This document shows, piece by piece, positions 48,865-62,000 of a stretch of 64,000 bases of DNA. The position numbers and the translations under genes are program-made. The DNA is from Antedon mediterranea. Taxonomy: Eukaryota; Animalia; Echinodermata. Where the stretch lies: contig NC_092678.1 in the NCBI RefSeq assembly GCF_964355755.1, positions 20,663,365-20,727,364 on the forward strand. The letters run 5' to 3'. Position 1 is the first letter of the stretch; each line of letters starts with the position of its first letter. The notes under the pieces are model-generated. The model had not been told where the DNA came from, did no database searches, and saw nothing but the letters and a program-made list of their open reading frames with translations.

Positions 48865-51800
48865 ATGAATTTTTCAATCCGAAATTGTAAGAAGAGGCCG
48901 GGACGTTACAAAGTTTTAAGCTCGATTTTCTGGATTTTCTTGGTATGGTTCGTTTGGAAGCAACATTTCGTCTTTATCAAGAAACATTTCGATAATGGTT
49001 AGTACACAGTAGTCTGCCTGAAATATAGTGTATTCGACCAGTAGCCTAGTACAGGCCTAGGTCTACTCTAAAGACTCTACACCTATGCTACCTAACCTAA
49101 GCCTATAGTCTGTTTTAGGCAAATGATCCCGAACCCCCCACATCATACAGAATAGAAGCGGTGTAAGTTTAGAAGAAAAAAACCGCAGCAAGAAAAACAG
49201 ATTACAGGTAGTTTATTAATTGAATACATCTCTTATTTTTAGGCCTTCCCTTTCATCCACCATATTTAATGAGGGTGATCCATCCAGCAATTGCTGATCA
49301 TTAGGGACCCTCAGAGGTTCACAAGACACAAGATGCTCTACATAAACAAAGTTTTATTACAAGTTTTTGGGAGTGCAGTTGTCACACCAAAATCAGTCCG
49401 GGCCAAAATCGGTCCGGCGGTCCAGTTTTGGCTGCCAAAATCAGTCCGGGGGACCATTTATGGCTGCCAAAACCTGTCCGGCCGGACCAATTTTGGCCGC
49501 CAAAACTGGTCCGGCCTGGATAAAATCGGTCCGGGCAGTAGGACTGTTTTTGGCCGCCAAATATGGTCCGGTCTTACAAATATATGGTGCGCAAAATGAG
49601 TCATATATATATAAACTTTATTTAGACACGAGACTAATGTGCAGTACAACTCGTTCAATCAATATTGATTGTTTTTACACAAGTTCGTGATACTGTATTA
49701 CAAAAAAAAAAAAAAAAAAAATCAACACCATATAAATACGACAGAAACGAAAAAAATTGAAATTGAAAAGAAACAAAATTAAAGCAGAATCCCCTTCATC
49801 TGGCACCTCTATTTAGGGTACACCATACCGGTACTTCCCGTGTAAACGGAAACCCTTATCGAAGTGTATAATTTATGGGGATTCAACTGTAATAAATAAT
49901 AAATCTTTTGGATTTCATTTACCTTAAAATAATAGTGATAAAACACACATTTTACATGTATATATCATTAAAAAAAGGCCATGATTATTAGTCATTATAT
50001 TGAAAACTACAGGGTTTTATTTGTTATTTTAATATTATAAATTAAGCCTGTTTTTTTAATTATCATTATTAGTAGTAACTCATCAATAATTAGTACTAAT
50101 TGTTAGGCTTTTTGTATACAATATGTATCTGCCTGTTTTTAATCCATTTTGTTCTTTTTTAACATCTTCGTTTCCCCATGATGTTAAAAACAATTTAATT
50201 TATTCATTATTTATGGTTAATCAATCAATATATCAATTCAATACAATTATTATAAAACAATTATCCAATATTGATTAGGCTGAGAAAGGAAAAAGGCCTC
50301 AATCATAAATAAAATCTAGCTGGCAATATCAGCGTCTCATACCCGTTCGTGTGAGTGTGTGGCAGGCCGAAAAATGAGTGAACACGTACCTAAGTCATGT
50401 TTTTAGATAAAATACATTTATTTATACTATTTATCCGACAAGATAACTTACTAATATATATCATGGGATATTTTTCTAGCCATAAACAACTTAAAACAGC
50501 ATCATAGGCCTAGTAATTCAATTAAAATCGACAGAAGAAAAGCCCGGACCGATTTTGGCAGTGGCGGACTGCTTTTGGCCACAATTTTAGAGCCAAAACT
50601 GGTCCTGCCGGACCGATTTTGGCCCCGGATCATATTTATCGTGACAGAGTCGTAATTTTGTCTAGCTTAGAATAATTCCTGACATTATAGAGTCGTAGTT
50701 ATTAATACATTCCTGTTCAGGAAATTAGAAAATGAAAAATCATTATCGCTATTTAATCAGCATTTCTTATTTTTCTTTGGCAGGTCGTCACCAGTTGAAG
50801 TACAGATATAGAGCACCAGTAAGTTTACTTTAGATATTTTAATTTATTAAAGTGAAAAGATGAACAAAAAATAAATTACCATTTACTTATTCCTCTGAAC
50901 TAAATAAAAACAGCAGCACATAAAAGTTTTAAATACAATATTTAGTAATCTCTATAATCGGTTTCATTTGCATATCAACTAAAAAGCCTTGTTTCTCTAT
51001 TTGGATGAACCAATTTGTATATCTATAAACTGATGGTCAAAGTTGAAAACAACAACCGGATCTTCTGTAGGCTTACTACTGTCAGTAAACCGGTCCAAAC
51101 CGGATATAAGCTCATCCAATGATGTCATGAATATTTATAACACATGCAAATGAGGCGCGTATGTGCGAACACCTGTATCTGAAATATAGAAATAATATTA
51201 TGGTAGGCCTACTGGGGGTTAATGATACGTTGTGTTGTTCTCAAAAGGACTGGTCATTTGATGTTGAAGAGATGGATCGAATTCAGAAAAAGGTGGAGAA
51301 CGAATCTGCATGTTTCATGAAACATCCAGAAGACGTCATGGAGAAGTACAACTTTGAGGTTGCTCAACAAGGCAGACTGACACTACTTCGGCACGAGTGC
51401 AGTTTTCGAGCAGATGATGATGACACCAAGTATGTTCCAAAACACGTTCCGAAAGACCTGAATCATATTCTGGTAGTCGATTGTCTGCGTCTGGTCTTCT
51501 GCCAGGTTCGAAAGGTATCGTCTGTCACTTGGCGAATGTCTTTAGAAAACACTGCAAAGAAACTTGGATGTGGTGCTGTCAGATTATTAGGTTCTTACTC
51601 GAATAGGGAAAAACGCGCGATTATGCGTGATTACACAAAAGCAATTTTTGTTCGTGAGCCAATAGAGAGGCTCGTTTCCGCGTGGCGTAACAAATTCAAA
51701 AGAGGCAAATCGTATCAAATTGTCTACGGCCCATTGATAGTCGGAAAATACAGGCGGCAACCTCTGTCAGACGATCGTACATCTAGAAAGCACTATGATA

Positions 51801-52165
51801 AATCAGATGACCTGAATATAACTTTCAAAGAGTTTGCAAGCTTCATCATAGACCCAGATGTCAGCGTCACTACTGGTGCTGACATGCATTGGCAGGATGT
51901 CTACACCAGATGTGCTCCCTGTGACGTTAAGTATAACTTTATTGGTCATTTTGAGACAAGATCTATTGACGCTCAAATGCTATTCAAGAAAATCGGTGCT
52001 GAGGTACCGCTTGCGTTTCAGAAGAATCACACTTCGGAAACGCTTGGAGTTCTACTTCGAGAATTGAGGAACTTTCCGACAGAAATGGTTATGAAACTAT
52101 ATACGAAATATTTTGTAGACTACAGGTTGTTTGGGTACCCACGACCGAACTTTACACAAGTTTAA
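48865..52165 (+). CDS. Carbohydrate sulfotransferase, Sulfotransfer_2 family (CHST8-14/HNK-1ST; CHST11-like), type II membrane protein of about 361 aa
   Basis: Exons 48865-48997 (MNFSIRNCKKRPGRYKVLSSIFWIFLVWFVW.., basic tail plus TM segment), 50784-50818 and 51248-52165 (TAA); phases 1 and 0 are consistent; 1086 nt. Motifs: 5'-PSB FCQVRKVSSVTW, 3'-PB FVREPIERLVSAWRNKF, HW...CAPCDVKYNFIGHFET, DYRLFGY. Confidence 0.9.
49380..50646. mobile_element. Non-autonomous TIR transposon with TGT...ACA termini (Ginger-like)
   Basis: CAGT|TGTCAC...GTGACA|GAGT (4-bp flanks with one mismatch). Imperfect TIRs and arrays of palindromic GGACC..TTTTGGC.GCCAAAA..GGTCC units at both ends. Confidence 0.7.
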
Positions 52166-52959
52166 ATAAAGTTTTCAATAATGTGACGCGATTCTGAAAT
52201 ACCTATGTTTTGCGACATGCGCTCTCCATAACGCATCACGCATGACTTAAATTGCTTTCAGTACAATCGACGTATTAGAAACAACTCTTATGTTTGGTCA
52301 CTTTGGACGCAACGCAGGTTAGTTGACCAATCTCAAGCGACAACCAGTTGGTAAATCGTTGGAACCACGTTTTACAGAAACAAATTATTTTTAACAATTT
52401 AAAGTCAAAATGAGATGAAATGTAAAAAAGATACTTAATTTCACCGATGGACTAGTTTTTTTCTAATCATTTGAATTAAAGAATTAAAGTTTTGCACTCT
52501 TTTCAATGAGGTTATTGTACTTTAGTATTTAACATTTTGTTTAATTATGTATGACTATGAGGAGCGATGAGAAAGAAGCCTTATGTGAAACTGTGGTGTT
52601 TATGCCACGTTCTGTAACTTTGTCTGCAGGCTTAGATGCCGATTTTAGTCTCAATCTTGTAAACAATTTTCCGTCATTCTAGAAATTTCTTAAGGCTGTC
52701 TTTTCTCATGATTTATTGTTTTTCTATTTGCCTTAATGTGTTGTTCTTTTGTACTTTCGTAACAATTAAACGGGAGTGAACTTACAAAATGTTTCCTTGT
52801 ATACTTTTTTCAATTCCAGAGTATGTTCTGTTATCACAGCTCTAGGCCTACTTAAACGCAAAAAGGTGTTTTAAACAAAATAACTCACATTTTTATCGGT
52901 TAATCTCACAGACAAATTAGAGGTAACACTGTAAACAGAGGTGGAGCTTTTAGATACGT

Positions 52960-53332
52960 TATGTGTTTAGTCTAAACGTGTTAAGCGCGTACACTCCTAT
53001 TATAATTGCTCTACGTGTTTGGAATTCAATGTGTCACGACGAGATCTATCAACTTGTTCAGCAATCAACACGTTCAGCAAAGCAATCAACTTGTTTAGTC
53101 TAAGCACGTGTTTAAACGTGTACACTCGTGTTATATTGCTCCACGTTTTTAGCATTCAATGTGTCACGTACGTCCCGAGATCTATTAATTTGTTCTGCAA
53201 TCAACACGTTTAGCAACAAAGCAACGTGTTTAGTCTAAGCACGTGTACACGTACTCGTGTTGTATTGCTGCTCCACGTTCTTAGCGTTCAATGTGTCACG
53301 TACGTTACCGTTAACAATCAACGTGTTTAGCT
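52960..53332. repeat. About 130-bp tandem repeat x3, rich in (C)ACGTG
   Basis: TGTTTAGTCTAA..ACGTG...GTACACTC...TTCAATGTGTCACG at about 52965, 53092 and 53228, between two convergent 3' ends. Confidence 0.75.
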
Positions 53333-53410
53333 TGCCTGATAAGATTATATTATCTACTATATTTAAAGCTCCATGCACACCATCCTATTTCTTCTGTGAG
53401 ATCGTTAGAT

Positions 53411-56400
53411 TTAGTTATATAATTCGTTCATTTTCCTTTCGCAAACAAATGCCCACTTCTGATTGCATTGTGTATCAGTGAACTCCATCCTTGGTAAATT
53501 CCAGAGTTGCAGACAGCGTTCATTTGGGTAACTCGTTGGTCTGTTAGTTGACCATCGGGTAAACCCAAGGGCTGAGTCGTCCACGCAGGTCCATTCTCTT
53601 ACCTATAATATATAAATGAGAATGATTATTTAACGTCATTAATTGCTTAAATAAAAGGAAAGGATAAATAAAACTGGTGACACTATGCGGAAATGTAGAA
53701 GAAGAAGAAGTCGTTGTCGTCAACTTTTGACACATCCCTCAACAATTAACACTCGGTTAATTTTATTTTATTCTGGTATATATAAAAATGTCTTGATATT
53801 GCAGCCAAGAACTGAATTGAATCAAAATTTACAATTTTTACAAACATTAGTTCATCAACAACAATTTAATTCAAACTGCATGTAACAGGTAACTCTGGAG
53901 AACAATGGTCATCAACGTCTGCAATCAGACATGATACCAGAAGAATTGCTTAGCTGGAAAGTGTATTGTATGAGTTTTTTAATAGGACTAAAATCAATAT
54001 ATTCTTCATTCGTTTATGAGCTTCTTTACGGTAGGCCTAATTCTAATGCAATATAATTGGTAATAATGGCACAAGACACGTGATTGTGAACACAATTTGG
54101 TAGTATCCTATCGTCAGAGACATTGAGACAAAAGACTATAAAATAATGAAGACAGTCGTAAACATCTAAAGAGAAGATGGAACTTTCCAATAAATTTGCT
54201 AATAACATAGTCCTGCATAAGCGCTACAAAAAGACTAAAATTCACTAACCTGACCGCTTTTCCTCCGGCATCCTATCCACCAAAAACTCTGCCTATCAAC
54301 CATATCGGCATGGGCTAGGACAAACCCCGCCTCTTGCTCATCATTTAATACCGCCAGAGAAGCTCCCTGGTTGAGGCTGTTACAAATTATTATAGCATTC
54401 CACCATGATGTTTGGTAGTCACGTGGGCTGAACCAGTAACAAGAATTATTATAACGGATCCACCCTGTCATACGGTCACAATATAAACCTTTTAAAGCAA
54501 ATAAATAAAAATATCGTGTAATTACAACATATTCCAATTCGAATGAAACTTTATGCGCACTGGAATAAAATATGAAACGTGATAAAATTGTAAGGCTTTC
54601 CACTCAAATACTTGTTATTATCCTTCCCTAAAAAAGCAAATGTATTTGAACACGTATGGTACAGAATGTATAATGCTGTAAGTTTGTTTTTAAACAATTT
54701 ACAACATTTTTCTAAAAATATCTAAAAAAGTTTATTGTCCAATTTAAATATACCCCTATCGTTTGTCCAACCAATTACTACCAAAACAAACAGAACTAGC
54801 CTCCGACAATGAATTTCGTGACTCTTTAAGGGAAAGAAAATACCTGGAAGATTAACGAATTAATTATGCTGCTGAACTGAACAAAATTGATGTATTGATT
54901 ATACAAAGGTACTTTTGTCGGCTGTTTTTCCCCTGTAGGTAAAACTAACACTAGGCCTATCTGCATATGATTAATTTAATAATATAGCTATGTATTATTC
55001 ATTTTATAGCTGAACTAAACAATTCTAAGAATGTACCATTGCAATCATTATCTCAAGTAAGTAACTGAATAAACTTGCATATTGATTGAATTAATTTTGT
55101 GGAAAAAACACCAAATAACTGAACAAGAAATATCAATCATCCACACAAAGAATATTGAGCCGTAGATTCTGGAACCCAAAATCAGACCCAAGGCAAGAAT
55201 TACGCAAAAGTTAGAAGAAAGGTGCATGGAAATTTGTAGTCAACAAGGCTCAAGTTGCAGAGCTTCTACGAAATTTGTGATTCAGTAAAATCCAAACGTT
55301 GACTGAAGATGAAATAATACTACTGGTACTAATGTACATATTTCTACTAAATTCAAACATGCATTTTAATATTTTGTAAATTGTTGTGAAGTACAGTATA
55401 CTATTTCGATATAGTTATGTAACATACTCTGTCTACACTATCAAACGTTATTGACAAAAACAATGGACATGATGTCATATCACTACTATATATTTGGGCA
55501 TATTACACGTTTTTTCAAACTAGATTGATAGTGTAGCCAAATCTCTAGAGATCAGAGTAGATCTGTAATAACAACATAGTTGTTGAGATAACAAAAAACG
55601 AGAAATAAGCATGCATAAATGTCAAAGGTTTTTTTTTTTTTGACTTACAACAACATCCGTATATATTTTTTACAATAATGTGTTTCAGAAAACCGTATTA
55701 TTTTTAGCTTGAGGTTGTTTTTCACAATAATTTTTAAAAAATGATTACCTACCATCTAAATTTCTAAATACTCATTAAATTATTCAGTAAACATAAAATT
55801 TACATCTGTGTGTATTACGAACAATAAAGTGTTTAAAAAAAACATTTGTTGTTTTAGCTTGAGGTTGTTTTTCACAAACATTTTGAAAAATGATTTTGAT
55901 TACCATCTAATTTCTAATTAGATATATTGATTTATATATATTTGTATAGGTCTCTCAGTTAAGTAAAACAGCAGCATCGTTACTAATGAGAACATTAAGT
56001 CAATGACTATCGATTGTAAGAAGACGGTAAATTCAAAAGAAGATGAAGGAGACATTTATTTAGTGGCAATTTTAGGCCTAGATAGCTATTTGGAAATGCC
56101 CACCATATTTAGTAATAAGAAGCAGCTTACCTTCAGTGTAAACATGCTTCTGTAAATTCTTTATCACTTCAGTTTGTAATTCCAAACGTTCTTCCAAACT
56201 TTTAACCTTCTTTTCCAATTTTAAGACATTCAAACTCATATTTGAATAATTCTTCTGTAAAGACCTGACCTTCTTATGACTGCAACGTCTATCATTTTTT
56301 GGTACACCACAAGTGTTTTCCGACACCGATAGAGAAGATACTTTAAAGGTGTATGAGCAGGAATCTTCAGCTTTTTCCGGGCTTGGAGAAGAAACTGGAG

Positions 56401-56524
56401 TAGACGTTAGGTCATCTGTATCTGCCTCCAAAGTATGTACTTTCGTCTCAGAATTTCTTCTGCTTTCTCCGCGTTTAATGATCAAACAGTAAGCTAAAAT
56501 CCACAATCTAAAACTTAAATTCAT
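53411..56524 (-). CDS. Secreted coiled-coil C-type lectin domain protein A (about 274 aa)
   Basis: Exons 56524-56131, 54488-54250, 53602-53411 (TAA); 825 nt, in frame. Signal-peptide-like N-terminus, CSYTF motif, heptad repeats. Long-form CTLD: C..GWIRYNNSCYWF, W..A...C, LA, WWIGC, W...RPT, RCLQ, TDTQC, FVCE. Confidence 0.88.
55426..55538. mobile_element. Degenerate family A MITE
   Basis: CTCTGTCTACACTATCAAAC...TTGATAGTGTAG. Confidence 0.65.
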
Positions 56525-58433
56525 TTTCAATTCACTAAAAATTATTCTCTACAAAATAAAAATGCGCCGATAAAAATCACACAACTGCGAAACACCTTTT
56601 CCGCCTGGCAGTAACAGCTAATTTACCTCCGCGTCTTAATGCATATCGCATTCATATCCCCCGTCCAGTGATTATACTGATTGACTTCTATTATCATAAG
56701 ATATATGATTACCATCTAATGTACCTGAATGGATTCTAGAAGTTCGGTTAGTAAACATAACCACGTTTTTATAAAGTCTCAAATATCCACATTCAATCAA
56801 ATATTAATTTGGAATATGATGATGGAGATATATTTATCGCGTCTATCGGTGAGGACTATGACTGCTGTTTGAATAAGATATTAGAGGAGAGTGAAAGTAT
56901 GTCGTAGTGCATTTGACATCAATCAAAGAATATGTATTTTTAATACATCATCAAGAAAGAGGAACTGTTGTAGTAATTTCAGGGGCGAATTGACTAGCAT
57001 GTAGACCAATTATCGTGATATAGAAGATGGATACTATATTTATTACTGAAAAACAGTGAGGCATCTTCCTAGGCCTGTATTGTTTTACGGAGACTGTATA
57101 ACAATGCGGCCGTTATACTTGTCTGTAAATGCTAGGCCTACAGACTGTCGTGCAGTTGATGAGAAGGAGATGATGAACGAGAGTTCTCTATTTATTTATT
57201 TTAATATTAATTAATTTATTTATATATTGCCAATTTAAGTGTTCTAAATTTGGTAGAATTCTGGTAGGTACTGAGAATAACAATAGTCAATAAAAAAATG
57301 TTATGATGGGTGTCTTTTGTCTACTATAAGATTATTGTATCTCAAATGCTTTGTAATGTACACGTAATGAACATGCTCGTCAATAATGTTAATTAAGAAA
57401 AAGCGGTGTAGATGAAGTAGTAAAAGTGCAAGTGAGTGCTACAGATCTGAAGCATAACGTAGTTTTGATGACGCAGGGCCCTTCTAAAGACACAGACCAA
57501 ATGTCGATGTTAGAATGCTTCTCATTGAATAACAAAAGACCTCCCATAGACTATGTATTTACAATCATGGAGGAATTAGTTCATGGCACAATCGTCGCCT
57601 GCAATAATTGATTTCAACCGCAGAGAGGGAAAACCTTAAACTTTGCCTAGGTCCGATTTTAGGCCAATGTTTTGTAGTCAAACAATGAACTTCCGGTTCT
57701 AAAAATCAATGAAGCGTAACGGGAGGTGCTATGAGGTGTCATGGTGTAGATCTGTATTATTACAAAATATATAATAATATAATAATACAGTATTAAGAAA
57801 TAAAAACTGTATTATTTACATATTAAAAATAATACACACAAATTAATTTTAATAACCTTTACATTAAATTGTAATTTAATAAACAGCTAATGATACTATC
57901 TAATATCGTAATAATAATATAATAAAACACTATTCGTGTTAATGGTGACGTCACAAAACGATAATAATAGTAACGTTAACGAAACAAATAGTCCATAAAA
58001 TCAATAAATTATTAGTTTCAAAACATAAAAATACGTTTGTACTTATTATTATTAATAACAAAAATATATTTATGAAACACACGTGACATTTTACAAATTC
58101 TTCTCAGTATCGCCGTGCATTTGCTTTAAAAAGATGCAAATATGGCATGATTATCATACATAAAATGTTGAAATACTTACGAACGTCTTAAGTTGCAATC
58201 AAATATGCATTTTTTATTGATACATTTCTGTGAAGTGATACTGTGTTATAGTTGATTGAAACAAGTTTTTATTAATGTTTTTCAGTATTGCGTAATATTC
58301 TTTTGGCCTAAAGCGCAACGCAAGCGAGTCAAGCAACGCCAATGATTTGACCAATCAAAGCGATGGATTATAGTTGAGTTACAGTTATGTATTTTGCTTA
58401 AGCTGCCTCTACCCAGAAATTTTTCATTTTTTT

Positions 58434-58853
58434 TATGATGATGATGACGTTGAAAGGGATGGTGAAGAAAACGATGATGATTATGATGATGACGTTAAAG
58501 GGGATAGCGAACAAGACGATGGCGATTATGATGATGAGGTTGAAGGCGATAGAGTGATAAAGACGAAGACGATTATGATGATGACGTTGAAAGGGATAGC
58601 GAAGAAGACGATAACGATTATGATGATGACGTTGAAAGGGATAGTGAAGAAGACGATTATGATGATGACGTTAAAGGGGATAGTGAAAAAGACGATGACG
58701 ATTATGATGATGACGTTGAAGGGGATAGTGAAGATGACGATGACGATTATGATGATGACGTTGAAGGGGATAGTGAAGATGAGGGTGACGATTATGATGA
58801 TGACGTTGAAGGGGATAGTGAAGATAAGGGTGATGACATATGGTGATGATGAA
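58434..58853. repeat. GAT-rich minisatellite, unit about 39-45 bp
   Basis: About 10 copies of GATTATGATGATGACGTTGAAGGGGATAGTGAAGA(TGAC)n, intergenic between the two lectin genes. Confidence 0.85.
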
Positions 58854-59007
58854 TGACACCAAGATGAAAAATTTGCTAATAATAATGTTTATATTAATGA
58901 TAAAATTAATATTATACTGATCTTTATTTTATATTATGAATCTTTCTCCTGGAATGTAACACGTTCGTAACAACAAGAGGACATAAGCATGTGAACTGGG
59001 GTTAAAA

Positions 59008-62000
59008 TCAAGGTCGTTTAAGTGGTCGTTCACACACAAATGACCATCGCTGGTTACATTGCGTGTCGGTCATCTCTACTTTGGGAACTTTCCACATTTG
59101 AAGGCATCGTGCGTTAGAATAGCCGGTAGGGCGTCCGTCTGACCATTTCCTATACGTCATTAACTCCCCGTTCACACACATATAATCTTTCTTCTGGAAA
59201 GATAAAAAAGAGATAGGATAGTAAAATATATCAATCTAAACGACAAATGGCTCAGGAAAAGCGGTTTCAATATATGAATAGCATATCCATAGTAATAATA
59301 TAGGGTATTATGGGAAGCGGGAAAGCACCAAGGGGGTGTGTTGTGACGTGACCTTAAGGTGGCGCTAATAAGAACGCGAGGTTACAGCCGTAACCAGAAA
59401 AAGGTTTCAGTTTGAGGATTTTTAAATGGTGATAAACGAAGTTAGGCCCTGGTTGCATTATTTTTCATTGTTGATTTTTGCTACGATAATAGCCTGGTAG
59501 CTTTAAATGAAGACAAACAATATCAATATTGATTTTGAAAGAGCATCACCATTGGAATCCCACATGTCGTATCGGATATCGCTTGTCAGATATCTGTCAC
59601 ACACATTAAATCCCTTGCGATTGTCAATGGTTTTTGTCTCTATTGCATTTTCTCTGTTTTAGGCCTAGTTTGAGTTGATCATAGCCTGAATGTAGTATTC
59701 ATGATGGGCTACTTTCTTTAATTCGGTGATATGATTTTGGTAAAGAGCTTGCTTCCCACTAGGACGCAACGCAACGCAAAGTGATTTGACCAATCACAAG
59801 CAGTGGATTATCCGGACAGTCGCGTGCAATTGGTTAACTCACTTGCGTTGCGTCTACGTCATTGCGTTGCGTCCTACTGGAAACCAAGCTTTAAGATGGG
59901 TTATCACTTTGCGTTTGCGTGTATAACCAAGTTAAAATCTTTTTGAAATTGAATTATTTGGTTTAATTTCATACATTTGAAAGTATGTCTCTATTTATGA
60001 TTCGGAGTTTACTTTACGTATGTACAGTCCTTTACTCCAAGTTTGTTGTAAATAAACTAAGCTACACTTTCAATGTTTATTTCTCATCGATTCTAAGCTG
60101 TGTATTGAAAAACCTAATGATACAAATCGTTATACACTCATCCGTCAGAGAGACATGTTTCGCATTCTAAGATGAGCAAAGTTATATTAAAAGATTAATC
60201 TGTGTGCCTTAAAGGCAAAGCGATATTCAATTACATTACGCACAAATTTAATTACAGTAAAGGTTATTTTATTCTTATCGTAACCTCGAAATAATGTTGT
60301 CGCTAATTTCAAAGAATACTCAATTTGCTCCTAACGTTACATTAGACGATCAGCGTGCATTAATTATATCATCATTAATATATACATTAATTATGATCTA
60401 ATATTTCGTGAACTGTTATGCTAGCAGACCTACTTTGTTTCTGAAGTCGTATGCAAGAAAATCGCGCCTCAATCAGTTTGATAACTTTCAATGTCAAAAC
60501 ATGTTTAGGCTTAGTGCAGACTCTAGTGCGATAGAAGGGATTGGTGTCGCAAGCCCGCCCTATGGGTGCTACTAATAAGAATAAACGTAGTTGTTTACCG
60601 TAGAATTATACTGACAACCAATCCACCAGGCTGAGTTCATTGAAGTGAAGTCAGCAATACGTGCAATAAACTGGGCTTCTTCGTAACTATTAATAAGGGC
60701 AAGATCCGACTCTTTACCCTTGCCGTTGCACACGCCTCTCGCCGTGTCGTAGTTGACTTGCCTGCCTTCAGGTGAGAACCAGTAGCATGACTTATCAAAT
60801 CGCCACCATCCATGAGCTTGACTGCATTTATCTGGAAGACAATTCATTCATGTAATTTATTCAGCTCTTTAGCTCCAATGCCCGGGCGGCAAACCGGAGA
60901 AAATTGCGGGGTTCTGTCAGGCCGGCGGATCCCTTGGTTATATTCTAATGGGGTGGACTATCGTTTTTGTTGGTGTAGGCACAGGGTTCCGTGGGAAGTT
61001 CACTCAGTCCTTTAAGCTCTGTGTACACTGTCAAACTTTATGTGACACACAAATGGGATGTGCCCATATGGACATGATGATGTCATATCACTACCATATT
61101 TGATAGTGTAGACAGAGCTTTAGCAATCCCAATTCAAGACTTGTTTGTAACTTGTTATATTTTAATAGTTGATTCGTTTTATTAAAAATTAATTTATAAT
61201 TAATATATTACTGTCTTTTCTATATTTTTAACAAATAGTTACAATAACTAAACGATAATTAATTATATTAGTATATCAATGTAATTATTTTTTGTTTTAA
61301 ATCCCATTACCATGTCGTACCGTTCTTAATAATAGGCCTATTGATACGTGCGATATGCCCACTGGCACGTGTCACAACACCCTTAGCTCCGTCACCTTCT
61401 GCCTATTTCCTCACACTTACTAATACGTATTTCTTTACAACAACAAAACAGTATTAATATGGAAACTGTATAGGCCTCATACTATCACTGATACATCCAC
61501 AGCGCGCACGCATTACGTTCCCATCCCAGCCCACCTGCATCCATCTATCATCATTAAGCCCTCTCTTATAAATACACGCTACCGGAGAGTGATGAAGTAT
61601 TTCACATCGAAATTAAATATTACGATACGCTTTCATTCACTTAAAGTTTGCTTACTCGAATAACATGACACATGTTTTGAAACGAGCAGCGCTTCTCCGT
61701 AGGCTTGCTGAATCAATTATAGAAGTAATCATTTCATAATTTCAAATTTGGATAAACACTCTGTCTGAGTTACAATAATATGTTAAAACTTCGAGGCAAT
61801 TGACGTGGAATCTATAGTAATACAGTATGTATGTTATGAATACAAATATCATACAAGCAATTTATATTATATTCGTTCATTATAATTGGTTATTCTTAAA
61901 ACACGTTTGTAAGCCTTGCTTGGGTGTTGCAAACAAATAATATAAATATACAAACAGGATGCGTAAATTTTAATGACGTAATATACAGAATCGACGACGT

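Noticed and set aside
49291-49690. Two overlapping ORFs of about 100 aa
   Set aside because: They derive from the palindromic subterminal repeats of the Ginger-like element.
51161-51247. ATG at 51161 as the start of a single-exon sulfotransferase
   Set aside because: It gives no transmembrane anchor. An acceptor at 51247 and two phase-compatible upstream exons supply the expected type II TM N-terminus.
58374-58862. 160-aa acidic / MMMTLKGIVK ORF
   Set aside because: GAT-rich minisatellite whose reading frame shifts mid-repeat; non-ATG start; lies downstream of lectin B on the opposite strand.
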